A stretch of DNA of 63,001 bases, the filler included, from Conidiobolus incongruus B7586 (lineage: Eukaryota): assembly GCA_000697335.1 (NCBI GenBank). It is 11 parts of 11 records of this genome, joined end to end, with 100 filler letters (N's around TTAATTAATTAA, not from the genome) between each part and the next. Parts side by side here need not be neighbours in the genome. Positions count along the whole stretch, not along the records: positions 23,883 to 43,441 come from JNEM01007471.1; 10 more parts are not named here. One strand, 5' to 3'. Positions within the stretch are counted from its first letter, which is position 1, and every line of letters begins with the position of its first letter. Shown one piece after another: positions 27,729 to 41,007 of this stretch. A program made the position numbers and the translations under genes. The notes beneath the pieces were generated by a model that worked only from the letters and a program-made list of their open reading frames with translations, had not been told where the DNA came from and did no database searches.

Positions 27729-28787
27729 AGTTAATAAAATGCCCAAATTTCAATATTAATAATCCAAACATCCTGGAGGTAATATAAGATAATAATTTTA
27801 ATTAATTTTCATAGTATTTCAAATTTGAAAAAATAATCAATGTAATAGCACCAAAGTAAATTAGTATATTATCATTTTTTTACTATATATATATGCTGCT
27901 TGATTTAAATAATTTAATGAAAACGTTAATGGTTCAGTAGTATTTATTGCATAATATATCTGACCTAGATTTCTGTTTCATTAATTTTTTTTGATTATTT
28001 TCAAATCTAGTAAATTATATAGAATAGGCACAGAATCCGTTCTTCACATAATATCCATATCCAATACTTTACACTTTAAATTATTTTTTTATCAATAATA
28101 TTGAGATTAATTACCATTTTTTATAATTAGAATATTGTAAATTCTATATTGTATTTATATATCAGTTATTAAATCTTTATCCTTTCACTTTGTAATTGCT
28201 TTTTAATTGCATATAATGAATTTTAGTAATAAAATCGATATTCAAAATTCAGTAATTTATACAGAAGAGAATATTTGGTATATTATAAATATAATCTGAG
28301 TCTTAAAAAATATAATATTAATGGTTATTTTACATTCTAAATTCATAATTTGATTTTCTATCTCATATAAATCATTTTCATAATTACGAGGATTTAAATA
28401 TAAACATTGATCAATTTAATATCTGATAGAAAGGTTATAGTGTGAAGTTTAAATTCATGCTTCGAATTTATCTATAAATTAGGTAAAATAATAAGATTTG
28501 TTAAGATTGTATGATATCTAATATTATATATAACATAAAGACTCATTATGAGTATATAATCAAAAAGAAATGAAATATATTTAGTTTCAAATATAAGTAT
28601 TTATCCACTCTTACCAAAAACAACATTTTTCTATTTTTGGCGAATTGATTGGATAAATAATTAATAATTAAATTATTCAAGTGCATATATCACATCAAAG
28701 ACTTTTGTTATGAATTTGATATAAAATTAATGCAAACATTTACATATAAATAAAGAAAAATTACTCGTTGAGTCGAATCAAATTAAT

Positions 28788-29738
28788 ATGGATTATTCTA
28801 AAATCAGGAAACATTCTTCACCGTATAACTATATTTTATCTACTATTTCAATCGTTATTCCAACTATTGGTATTTTATTTTGTTCTTGTGTATTAAGCAT
28901 TATATTGAAAAAGAAGATTGTAAAATTGAACTTGGATTTAAAATTGGTGAGTTTAATATTAATCTTTGATTTAATGGAGAGTATTGTAATTTTGACTAGT
29001 GGTATTTGTAACTTTTTGGGTTTTGAAAGATATTTAAATTCAAAGTGGGCATGTGATCTAAATGCCGTTCTGTCAATTTTCACATGTCTTTCATCAGTTA
29101 ACTTGGTAGGGGTTGTGGCATTTCAGAGATATTTATTAGTTGTACATGAACAAAATTTCAAAACATGGTATTATTTCATTATCATTGGGCTATTGTTTAT
29201 TATCAATGTGACTGGATGTACAATTGGATGTGTATTAGATGGCTTTGTAATTCAGCCAACATCAGTCTATTGTCTATTCGAATTGGATAGCTCAGGTGGA
29301 AGGATATCTGCTATAGTCATATCAATATCCATGGCCATTTCAATGACTATGGTATACTTGTGCTATATCGGAATTATAACAAAAAGGAGATCTGATACAT
29401 TAAAGATCATACAGCTCTTTCCTTTAAAAGCTGATGAAATTAAATCTCGAGCAAATTCCACTATATTTAAATCTTTAACCATCATCTTAGTTAGTACGTT
29501 TACAAACATCCCGTTTCTAGTGCTTCTCATTATATCTCTTGTTTATCCTCGTTTTTTTACTCCTCTTGTTGATACGATTTGTGCTTCTTGTATTATGCTC
29601 AATGTTATTCTTAACACCTTATTGTTGCTAAGGATGAGATCGGATCTATGTGACGAATTCAAACTATGGTTCAATAATCAAACTACTCGACATGATATGT
29701 TGCACAATTTACAATCTGAAGAATCTGAGTCAACCTGA
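28788..29738 (+). CDS. Class A (rhodopsin-like) 7TM GPCR-like protein, intronless
   Basis: 316 aa with seven hydrophobic segments; TM3 CDLNA...AFQRY; ECL2 QPTSVYC; TM6 TNIP; paralogous to 41008 and 55976. Confidence 0.9.
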   Translation: MDYSKIRKHSSPYNYILSTISIVIPTIGILFCSCVLSIILKKKIVKLNLDLKLVSLILIFDLMESIVILTSGICNFLGFERYLNSKWACDLNAVLSIFTCLSSVNLVGVVAFQRYLLVVHEQNFKTWYYFIIIGLLFIINVTGCTIGCVLDGFVIQPTSVYCLFELDSSGGRISAIVISISMAISMTMVYLCYIGIITKRRSDTLKIIQLFPLKADEIKSRANSTIFKSLTIILVSTFTNIPFLVLLIISLVYPRFFTPLVDTICASCIMLNVILNTLLLLRMRSDLCDEFKLWFNNQTTRHDMLHNLQSEESEST

Positions 29739-31662
29739 GGTATTATAAAAATTGCATTATATAAAATTCAATCAATTTATGGCTAAATCTGGAATTTTCT
29801 AATTATATATTAGTGGAAAATTATATCTATACATTGCATTAATCAAAACATTCACTTTTTTGATGATGCATATATATTAATGTTCAATAAAAAATATCAA
29901 CGTAATTAGAGTTTTATTTCCTAATTGAAATATCAAGTTGGATATATATCATTGATTTGGAGGTAAATATCAGAGCTAGGTTAACAGGACGCCATTCACA
30001 ATACACTTTGATCATTATTTTAAAAGGATGAACTGATTATATAACAATTGTCAAAAAAGGTTTTGTTAGACAATATCTACATTATTGCTAATCATATTTC
30101 ACAATCAATCATTATATTTAGAAAGAATTATGATAAGTGTACAGTATAAATTATTACTATTGTACTATAATACTTTTTTCTATCATCATAAAAAATCATT
30201 ACTATAATTATAATAGAGAAGTTTATATTAAAAAATATCAATATTTTATAAAATAATATAATATATATAAATATATATATATCTGGGATTCAATTTTAGC
30301 AGAATGATGTTTTTCATATTAAACAGAAATAGCCATTTTGCATTAATCTTTCATTTATTTGAATAGTGGTGAAAAATTCATAATTTTAGGTTAGCATATA
30401 TTTAAATCATACTTTTGTTGAACTATGATTTAACTCTTATAATAAAAAGGATTCAATAAAATTTGAATATAACGATTCTAATTATTAGTGAATACAAAGT
30501 ATTCCAAAGAATTTTTTATTATTTGAATTTTGAAATTTGGATTTAATATTTCTAAATAATAAATTATCAAGATTTAAATATGAATAAATGAGGTCTTTTT
30601 AGAATTTTTTATTATATATTATTAACTTAAAAAATTATAGTATATTTCAATATTAAAAATAAACTTCAATGTGAAATGCTATATCAAACATATAATACTT
30701 ACTAATTCCTATTTAGGCATTAATCAAAAACTTCTCAACAAATGAAAGATATTTGGTTGAAACATATCTTGTATAATTAATGTATACATAAGGTTTATTA
30801 ATATATTTTAATTATAATAGCTAATTTTCAGTATATATTTACATGTATCTGAATTTTTACAGATTAGATATTTAATTATTGAAATGTACCAGACCAACGA
30901 TTAGCTTTATTGATATTATTTTTGTATAAAATACTTTGAAAATAAAGGTAAAATATTAGATATAAATTATTATACATTTATATACTATGATAATCCGGGA
31001 ATATATTTTGAAATTAATCAAATCCAAAATACTGTATTTATTCTGAACTTCATGGTAATTATTAATAACATTCCCACAGTAGAATTCAATCTAAATATAA
31101 TTGATTTTATGAAATAGGGCCTAAATTGGAAAAAACATCTATATATTTATAAGGATAAAATTGAATATTTAAATATTTGTAATATTATGATTAAATAAGG
31201 TTAATTTCAATTTTTATTTGCATGATTAATTGAGTTTAAAAAATTCTGTGGTAATATTATTGTAATATTATATTATTATTTTATAAATTCATTATAAAAA
31301 GTGCATCGTATTAACAACCAATTAAATTTCGATTTCAAATTATATCAATCATTAATATTTTGAAAAATAAATTAAAATACAAGATTAATAACAAACTTAA
31401 TTATAAAATAAGCAGATTATTCAACCATTTGACAAGTTACCAATAGAATCAAACCTAATAAAAGTGTATTAATGGATATAGAAAATATACAAGAGAATCC
31501 ATGATTTTATAATATTAATTGAGGTGAATAAGTCGAAATTCAAGAACCAATCTTTTTTTGAGCAATTAATTTTGCATATTTTAAATTCCATAGAAACATG
31601 ATTTGATTAATTTTTCGGATTTAAAATAACTATTATATCCATAGAGTCAAATGAAATAAACA

Positions 31663-32613
31663 ATGAATTATAATGAAATAAGAGTTAGAGCATACCCATA
31701 CAATTATATTATTTCCTTCACGGCAATTTTCATTGCAACATCAGGGATAATATACTGCTCTCTGGTATTTTCAATGATTTTAAGAAGGTGAAAATCTCTG
31801 AATATAGATTTAAAGTTAATCACTTTCACATTAATTTTTTGCTTTTTTAGAAAGTTTTTTAGTATTGACATGTGCTATCTGCAACTTAATAAGCTTTGCT
31901 AATTATTTTGATTCACAATTTAGTTGTAATTTGAATGCGGTTATCATTGTTTTCACAGTTGTTACATTCATTAACTGGATGCGTGTAGTTGCTATTGAAC
32001 GATATATGCTGATTCTCCTTGAAAAAGCCCTCAAATTAGGCTTTATTATTTTATTTTATTTCGGTTGCTATTCTTGAACTTGCTAAGTTGTGTAGTTAGT
32101 GGAGGATTTAAAGGATTTAGTATCAATGCCACCTCTGTATATTATTTATTTGATCCAACGAACTGGGCAGGTGTAGTTGGTACCATATTCTTAAACTTGT
32201 CAGTTGGAATATTTATGGCTATGATATATTTGAATATATAAAATTCATGATCAAAAGAAGTTTAAAAAACTAGAGAATATTTCCTTTTAATGCTGAGAAA
32301 ATTTCACGTTAAGCGAATTCTTCCATTTTCAAACCCTTACTCATTATTATCGCTAGCACACTGACCACTCTGCCATATAGTGTACTACTTTTTGTTTCTT
32401 TGATCAATCCTTCTTTTTTAACCCCTGTGGTTGGAACAATTTATACATAGTGCATAATGTTTAATATGATTATTAATACTATCATCTTCTTGAGAATGCG
32501 AACAGATTTATAGGAAGAGTTAAAAGCTATTTTACATACTTGATCCTAATAATGATAGTTGTAATATTCTGGAATTAGATTCTGTCAAAGGTGCTACGAA
32601 TGACCATCTTTAA
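31663..32613 (+). pseudogene. 7TM GPCR-like pseudogene, full length with stops and frameshifts
   Basis: MNYNEIRVRAYPYNYIISF...RR*(TGA); CNLNA...AIERY; IFPFNAEKI..ANS; LLRMRTDL; colinear with the intact paralogs. Confidence 0.92.
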
Positions 32614-32759
32614 TCTAATTAAATAATTATTTTTATAATCACAATAACAAATTAGAATAATAAAAATTTGAAATTTAAATTTATAAACAATTGGAAATAA
32701 GTGAATATCCTTTCCTTCAAATTAATAAAATTTTGATAGTTGCTCCTTTTAATATAAAA

Positions 32760-33345
32760 TTTCAATTTTATAGGATAATATGCTTGATCTGATATTTTTC
32801 AGTTTAATTTCAATGATATCGACTATATTAAGGAATGTTTAAAATATTATTCTTATTGTGTGATAAGCAATTGAATCTAGCAATAATGGTATATGACACC
32901 TTTGTGAGCTATTGTAATTTAAACTGGGTTGTAAACAAGCTATAACTGTTTATACATTATATTTTAGAAATACTTTTGATTGACTGGTAATCTACCATCA
33001 TTTTTATTGATATTTTTTGAATACCTTTGATGTTGTTAATATGAAAAAGTTATTTCACTTTTGAATACTTCTGAGGATTTTTCGTACAATTTGATCTATG
33101 GTTTTGAGTTTTTCATATATCATTATAGTTTATTCGGGTCATTTGAGTATAATTTTTATAATTCCAAACAATATTAACAATATAATTGTGTTAAAATATA
33201 TCTATTTCAATAATATATATATATATGCAAATACTAATCTATAATGTAATTTATCCAAATTTCAAATTATCAATAAAATATTGTCGCTACCAAAAATTTT
33301 TTTGTCACATGTTACAGTTTTGAGAGCAATTCATTTACTATGTTA
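32760..33345 (-). pseudogene. Possible decayed Zn(II)2Cys6 transcription-factor gene
   Basis: Minus strand at about 33335-33280 reads NCSQ(K)TVTCDKKIFGSDN (needs a frameshift and AGC for TGC), followed by stop-riddled coding-like sequence. Confidence 0.25.
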
Positions 33346-34181
33346 GGAATATGAGGTGAATGAAAAAATTAATTTTTTATTATATATTTACTATATTTGG
33401 AAAAGGACTATTGGGTAGGCGTTTGAATTTTATCCATACTTAAATTTTATATTGAAATCCAACAATTCCTGTTGGCTAGTGCTTTTTGATTTTCTTTTTT
33501 AGGCTCAAAGATCTGTGATGGTGATATAAATTGTCAAAGATAATTTCAACTGAAAAATAGTTTATGAAAATAGTAATTTGGTATGAACAGTATATATTTT
33601 TCCAAATATCAACAAAACACTCAAATTACATAACTTATCATTTGAATTTTAAGTTCTTATTGTGATTACTATAAGAATTGTTTTTCAATTAAAAATCGAT
33701 TTAGCTATTAATCAGTTTTAATCATCTACTTTAGAAAATTGTAAAAATTCAGTATTTTCCAAATGCAGGTTATTAGTTAAAAACATTGCATTGTAACAAC
33801 TACTTTATATATCTCTATGTAATTAATAATTTGATTAATTTTTCAGGGATAGTATCTTGATGAGTTATTTTCAATTCGGTACAGTTTGGTAATAAGTATA
33901 TTTATTAGTAATTTTATCAATATATATATATATATGTTTTATTTATTTTTGAATGGAGTAAAGCTTCAAATTAAATATCATATTTGTAAATTAAATCTTT
34001 TATAAGTGGATTGGTGCTCAAAAATTGCTCATATCATCTATTAAAAGATTATTGATGATTGTAATAAAATGAAACAATATACCTTTCCTATTCCCTCAAC
34101 ATCATGCCCTAGCCTAGAAACTATGACCAACATGATACAACAAATATTCATCTTAATAAAATTCTCCCTCGTTCATACTTA

Positions 34182-34416
34182 TGCTAGTCGTTCCATATAC
34201 CTATAATAGGCCTTAAATTATCTCACATTGATAAAAAGAATATCTCTTTCTGCTCCATATTGTACTGAACCTTATGATCGCACAGTCGCTACTGTTATTG
34301 CGCCAGGATTTGTCGAGCAAGCTCCCCTCTTTGTTAGCTTGTTTCTGTAAGTCATTGCAGCTGACAATGCTTGAACATCGACTGCCGTAACTCATCGAGA
34401 ACGCATGCGGGCAACA
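34182..34416. mobile_element. Possible solo LTR / small CpG-rich insertion
   Basis: About 235-bp GC/CpG-rich island ending ...GGGCAACA; left boundary and TSD unresolved. Confidence 0.35.
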
Positions 34417-35309
34417 ATAATCACTATGAAGTAAATCTTAAGTGTTTAAATTTTCTTAAATCCCAAGCTTATTTTTTAAAACTCCGTATTTTTTCTTTTA
34501 ATCACATTTTTACCTCTTTAGTCATTAACTTAATACGGAATTTTCTCTAATTTTATAATATAATTCAAATATTACCAAAAAATATTTTCAAATAGTTCCA
34601 AATAAAGAAATCCCAAATCTATTCCAAATATAGGAATCAAATAACATCTCAAATAGAAACATAATGAATATATATGGAACTAAGAAAACTAAATTAAGAA
34701 ATCTGTGATAACAAAGGAAAATATCGGAGCCAGATAAAAAATTATTGATATATTGAATATTGGATTTTACATATGTTTTGTTTTTTAATTAAAATATAAG
34801 CAAACAGATCTTGTAATTTACTTTTTTAATAATTATCAGATAAAATAAACTAAAACACTGTATGATCCAAAAATTCTCTAAGATACAAACAATTAATTTA
34901 CAAATTTGATATTAAGTCCTAAGTCCTGTAGTTTGGTAAAAATCACTAATATATGAAAAGTTAAAAATAGAAAAATTAGCATGATATAATTAACAAAACA
35001 GTATCCTAATATTATGACAGTTGTTTTTATCCAAATCATATAAATATTTCATAAATTCATTAGTATATAAATTTTCAAAGTAGTTAAGAAAATATAACTT
35101 TTTGACTATTTATATAAAATTTTCACAATTATTTACCACAACTAATCTTATATTGTTAATTGTTTATTTTGTGATTTGAATAATCCAATATTTTTTTTAA
35201 TATTTTAATCTATTATTGATACACAGAAAAGTTGCCATTAAACTAATTTTTTCAATACAGATTTATGAAAAACTTTAAATACCATATCAAGATAATTTTC
35301 AAATTAATA

Positions 35310-36490
35310 TTATTTTGTATTTTTAATAATGGGAATTTTTTGCAATTGAAAATAAATAAATATTTTAATATATAATATATAAAAATAAATATATAATATA
35401 AATTTAATAGTTTCTTTGATTATTAATAACTTTTTGTATACTTTTAGCAAAGATCTAACACTTAAAAAACAGTTCTTTTTATTAAAGACTAAAATTTGAT
35501 ATTTTACAAACCAATTAAATTTTCCTGTAGAAATTTTCTTTCCTGTAAGCTAGTTTTTTAATTACCTAAAGCAATTATAATTACATAGGTTATAATCTAA
35601 AGAATATACTAGATGTGGTAATTTTTTCCAGTTATTTTTCATTAGAAAGTTTTTTAAACCTTTAGATTTATGAATTTTATAATTATCATGCAAAATAATA
35701 GGTTTTCTCAAATTATATTAAGAACACTAATTAGAAATACTTTTATTTAAAAAAGCAATATAAAGTTTACTATTATTTGATTTTCTTTTAAGAACTAAAT
35801 AAGAATAACATATACTATTATAATTTATTACAATAATTAACATTTGCTCATTAACAAAATGTTTATTTAAAAGGATTTATAAAGGGGGTTGATTTAACTT
35901 AATCTAGCATTTTGATTTGTGTTTTAGTAAAGGATTATACATAGGAATTTAAGATTCATTAATTAAAATTATTCACTGTAAAAGTTTAAGCTTCTAGTAA
36001 TATTTTAATAAGTTTTGTTTAACAATAGCTACTCTAGCTTTTTTTTAAGCTTTAGTTAAATTATAAGGTATCTATTTTATATTTTTATTTATTAATTTGA
36101 GTTTAAACTTTAATATATATAAAATACTTATAAAACTAATATTAAAGTGCTTAGATAATTCTTTAGCTATAATAAAAAGGTGTTTTTCAATATATTTTTT
36201 CACTTTATTTACAATTGAAAAAATAGCAGTTAAAGTTAATTTTTTAGATTTTAACAAGTTTTAGATAGTTTCTCTTTTAGCTTTAAAATAATTTACCTAG
36301 CAATAAATTGTTAATTTAGATAATGCTTTATTACCAAAAGTTGCTTGTAAATTTTAAATAATTTTAGAGGGTTTATGGTTAAGTTTTACTAATACTAAAA
36401 TAAAAGACTTTTGATGATTACTATTTAGTTTAAGCATAATTAAATTAAACAGCCAATTTTAAAAAGTTAATTTTTTAATCAAAAAATTAT

Positions 36491-36521
<31 letters not shown>

Positions 36522-36627
36522 TATATAATTTCCTATTAACTTTGTATATATTTATTTATTTCAAACTAATAATATGTTTGAAAAATCAGAAATTAAAAAA
36601 TTTCCCATTTCTTCAAATTCAAGGTAA
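35310..36627 (-). mobile_element. Mariner (DD34D) transposon, full length, degenerate, TA TSD
   Basis: TA|TTATTTTGTATTTTTAATAATGGGAA ... TTCCCATTTCTTCAAATTCAAGGTAA|TA; colinear with 25730-27020. Confidence 0.93.
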
Positions 36628-39600
36628 TATTATATCTCAGCTGAAAGCTTCAGGTTGTTAATAAACATTCAGACCACAAATCAATAAAAATATTGATGAT
36701 ATAATATTATAAAGGATTTTGACAACTGAAATATATTATTTCAATTTGATTTCAAATTTATATATAATTATTATATAATTAAAATATCACTAGAATTTAT
36801 CAATAATTTTTGAAAATGGGTTCATCCTATAAAAGCTTTTACTAATGCAGTAATAATGCGACCTATATCCAATGAAATTATAATTTTGAATATATTTATT
36901 AGATATAGCTGTATTCAGTTTAATTACTCATATTTTGAAATATAATATTATAGTTTTAATTATACTCAGATTATTCGATATTTGATAATTACTGAATACA
37001 TTAATTGTAAAAATAAAACAACAGCATTTCTGCGATAACACATCCAGATATATTGATTTCAGTGATCATTTAATCAAATCAATTTATAAATGTATAATGT
37101 GCTTTAAAGTTATGTTTATAAAAAACATATTTAAAAAATGATATAAATTTATACATATAAATATCAATTATACTAAGATATTTGATTTTTTGAATGTTTA
37201 ACTATTGTACTTTTTTGCTGAAAATGGGCATTGTATTATAGGTTTCACAACATTAATATTGAAATAATTCAGTAGGAATTAAAATAATTATTTTTAACAA
37301 TTATAAATTCAACTAAATGAACAGGAATAATATTGTATATAATCCCGAAAATTTCTGAGGTTTTGGCAAAATTTCGGGAAAAAACTTATAAAATTTTTGG
37401 AAAAGCAAAAATGGAAATCCCGGAGTCTGAATGGTATTCAAATTTCGGGTAATAGTCATTTTTTTTCAAACATCATCTCATATTGAAATGATTGAGAATT
37501 AGAGATTTTTTGATCATGATTGTTAGATTTTATTTAAAGTTTTTACATTGTATTATATCAATAATTGTTGAATTTGAATTTGAATTTTTATTAGATAATA
37601 TTCAGAGTTCACTTTATTTCATTAAATAATATTTTGTGATAAATATCAAAAATATAAAGTATATCAAAAATAAATAAAATTATGATACATAATTAAATTG
37701 AAATAGAATGTTTGAGGTATTTAATATAAAGATCCAATTGTGTATTTAAAAGGAAATAACGATTTTATAAAATATATTTCAGTAATTTATATCTTCCATA
37801 TATCATCAGATGTTATAAAATTTTATTATAAAAAGATAATATTTTTAAACTTATCTCATCGATTATCAATAAATATCAAGCCCAATATACTTATTTATTT
37901 ATCGTTCTAGATTGAAAACCCTCGATTTAATATATTATTCATAATAAATTTTCAAATTCATTATAAAATCTAATTCAATAACTTCAAATGTATAATTAAT
38001 GGATGGCGAAAATTATAATAAATGCCACATACTTTAATTCACTAATTATATAATGAGTTTTTGTGGTTCCATTTTACAGTAATTCATCAAAAATAAATTC
38101 AAATTCAATTATATATACAATATAAAGTGAATATCTGTTGGTATTAAATCATTTGTAGAATATTATATATACCCAATATAATCAAAATAATCTTATCATT
38201 TGTGAAAATTTTAAAGGTAATTCAAACTGTATTTTAAAAATCATATTAATTGAATTTGCGAATTGAATGGGTTTAATACAATGTTTTCTAAAAGATATAT
38301 GTTTGTGGAATCATGTATAAGGATGAATTAATTTTTTATTAGCAGAAGGAACATATATTAGCATGATTTATAATAATGGTCAAATAATAATGATTAAAAT
38401 AATTTAATATATATATTGAGCCTTATCTAATACCTTTTGTATTATAACATTTTTTATCTCTTACATCAAATGACTGAATCGTAAAGTTCGATTAATCAAA
38501 TTAGATATAACATGATTTAAGGTGGTTTTTATTATCATTTTTATATAATATAATTAGAAAATTAAAAAGTAATTTAAATTTGGTTAGTAGCATATGACTA
38601 TTAAATACACATATCTAATGGATAGTATTATACATTAGATTTTTTAAACTATTAATGTTTTATTTTCAAATGAAGAAAAATTGTATAATGTCATTGGAAT
38701 AGTCCTAAAATGATCAATCTGGAACTTCAGATCTAGAGCAAATTTTCATTTTTTGCAACAAATAAATTTGTAATAATTCTGTGAAATATTATGTACTTGA
38801 AATCAAATATTTATATTTAAATATTATGTAATTTATTTATTATAGTTTTTAGTCACCAAACCATATATAATAACTACAGATTTGATTGTTGAAAAAAAAT
38901 TATGAAAATTATACAATGAACATATAGTATAAATTTAATAAATTTTATAAGTAATATATTCTAGTTAAAGTAGAGATAAATATATTAATAATATTTGGCA
39001 GTTAAATAAGCTCTAATCTGTGAATAAAATAGCTCTAAAATATTTAAACAATTATTATCTAATTATATGTTTGGTTTTGATTTATTAACAAAATAGGCGT
39101 AATTGTTAACCAAAATAAATATTAAACGCTAATTATATTGCAAAGTAATTAATAGAATATAATACATATCAATTTGATGCCTGGTTTTTTCAATAGGTTT
39201 TAGAGATTTTAAAATGTAATCTTATATAAACTATATATAGCTTTCATAAAGTCAGTGAATCCAACCATATATATCAATTGATTCAATCTTCTATCTAAAA
39301 TGGCTTGTTGACAAATTAAGCTGATTCAAACAATATTTCAATCTCGGAGACATCGAAAATGGGCTTGTAAATTTTTTTGTTTGAATAATTACTATTGTTT
39401 ATGTTTAGTATCACTTCATTATTTTTTATTTAATCATAAATAAAACATTTAAATAATTAAAGCTTTATTTCTATTTTAGTTAATGACTCTCACATATCAA
39501 TTTTCAATTTGTAATAATACTGATAAATATAACAATCTAGTTTATCGAATTAATCTAATGGAAAGGATATTATACATAAAATATAACGTAATAATTACAG

Positions 39601-41007
39601 TAAATAGATAGCCTGTAATTGACAATTATAATTTAAGTAGATCAATCACCAAAGAGGTGAGTTTCTATAATTGTTTTTTTTAAAATATAGATTACCGAAA
39701 TCACCTAATTGATGTTCATGCAATAATATTTTAATCAAGATGTTACCAAATTTGATGCATGCATATACTCAGTTCAATTATACTTTCTGTGACTTTGAAA
39801 TAAATAATATTTTTAACAATAGGCTATGTTTACCATTATAATTTAAAAATATATTCTATTTGAAAGTTTGTAATTCTGATTTTAAGTTATATAATTACTT
39901 TACATTAATAATTGAATCCAAATTTACCTATTATAATACCACAAATTTGATAAACAATGATAAATTTCCAAGGTTGCTGTATCAGATCACATCTGTATTT
40001 AATTGTTTTGATTGACATAAATGTATAAAATTCAATAAAATTAAACTTAAAGGGTATTTGTTTGTTGCTGAAAATTCGATTTTTTTATTTATCATTTTTA
40101 TTTTTTAAACTTAAATTTAGTGTTTATTTAGTAAATGAAATGGAAATTGCGAATTTTCTTAAGGTAATTGTCTTAAAAATTAATGTCACATTTATAAAAT
40201 TCTTAACCTTTAATTCTTAAACTATTCTTCTTAGTATTCTCACATTTAGTTACTCTTTTATTAAACAATATTATATCAAATTATTATAATTTTATACGTT
40301 AATAATATCATTCACACTTATATAATTAAACATAGGATATCTATATCAAAATAGGTTGGAATTATTTTGGATTTAGCTGTGCGGAGATGGATTTAAACTG
40401 CAGAAATATTTGTTTGAATTGTAGACGCAATAAACATCATATGAACCGTAATTCAAATGCTAAAGCATTAGAACAACCACATCAAAAAATATCAATTTTT
40501 AATATCAAATCACAATTTAATTAGTTCAAAATTATATCAACTATTAATTAGTATTAACTAAATACACTAACAGCATATGTTAAAAATCTGTTTCAATCTG
40601 AAAAAAATACAAATAAAGGGATTAGAATATACGATATAACTCTTATTGATTAAGTTCATGTATATTCTGAAATATGGAATAAATATAAAGATATATTATT
40701 CAAAGACATTTTTTAAATTACTTTAAAATATTTTGATTATATATGTATTATTATCATTCAATCTATAGATTTGGTTAGACATGGTTTAATAATGCAAACA
40801 TTTTCACCATAATACCCCTAGTTACACAGCATTATTGCTAAATAAAATTCGGTCTGTACCAATTCAAATTAATTAATTTTAAACCAATAAAAATTGAAAG
40901 GAAAAGTTAGATTAAATCATAATTCAGTATAAAATAATAAGAAGGAATTAAGATTGACCTGATTCAGTCATGATATATCGATAATTATTGATAATAGAGA
41001 TTTAGAG

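Noticed and set aside
24633..36257. Short ORFs 24633-24836, 26518-26712 and 36072-36257
   Set aside because: Fragments or off-frame/antisense readings of mutated transposases, not independent genes.
36490..36515. (TA)n microsatellites here and at about 12615, 15920, 33920, 59470 and 61560
   Set aside because: Ordinary slippage repeats in AT-rich DNA and within the mariner 5' region.
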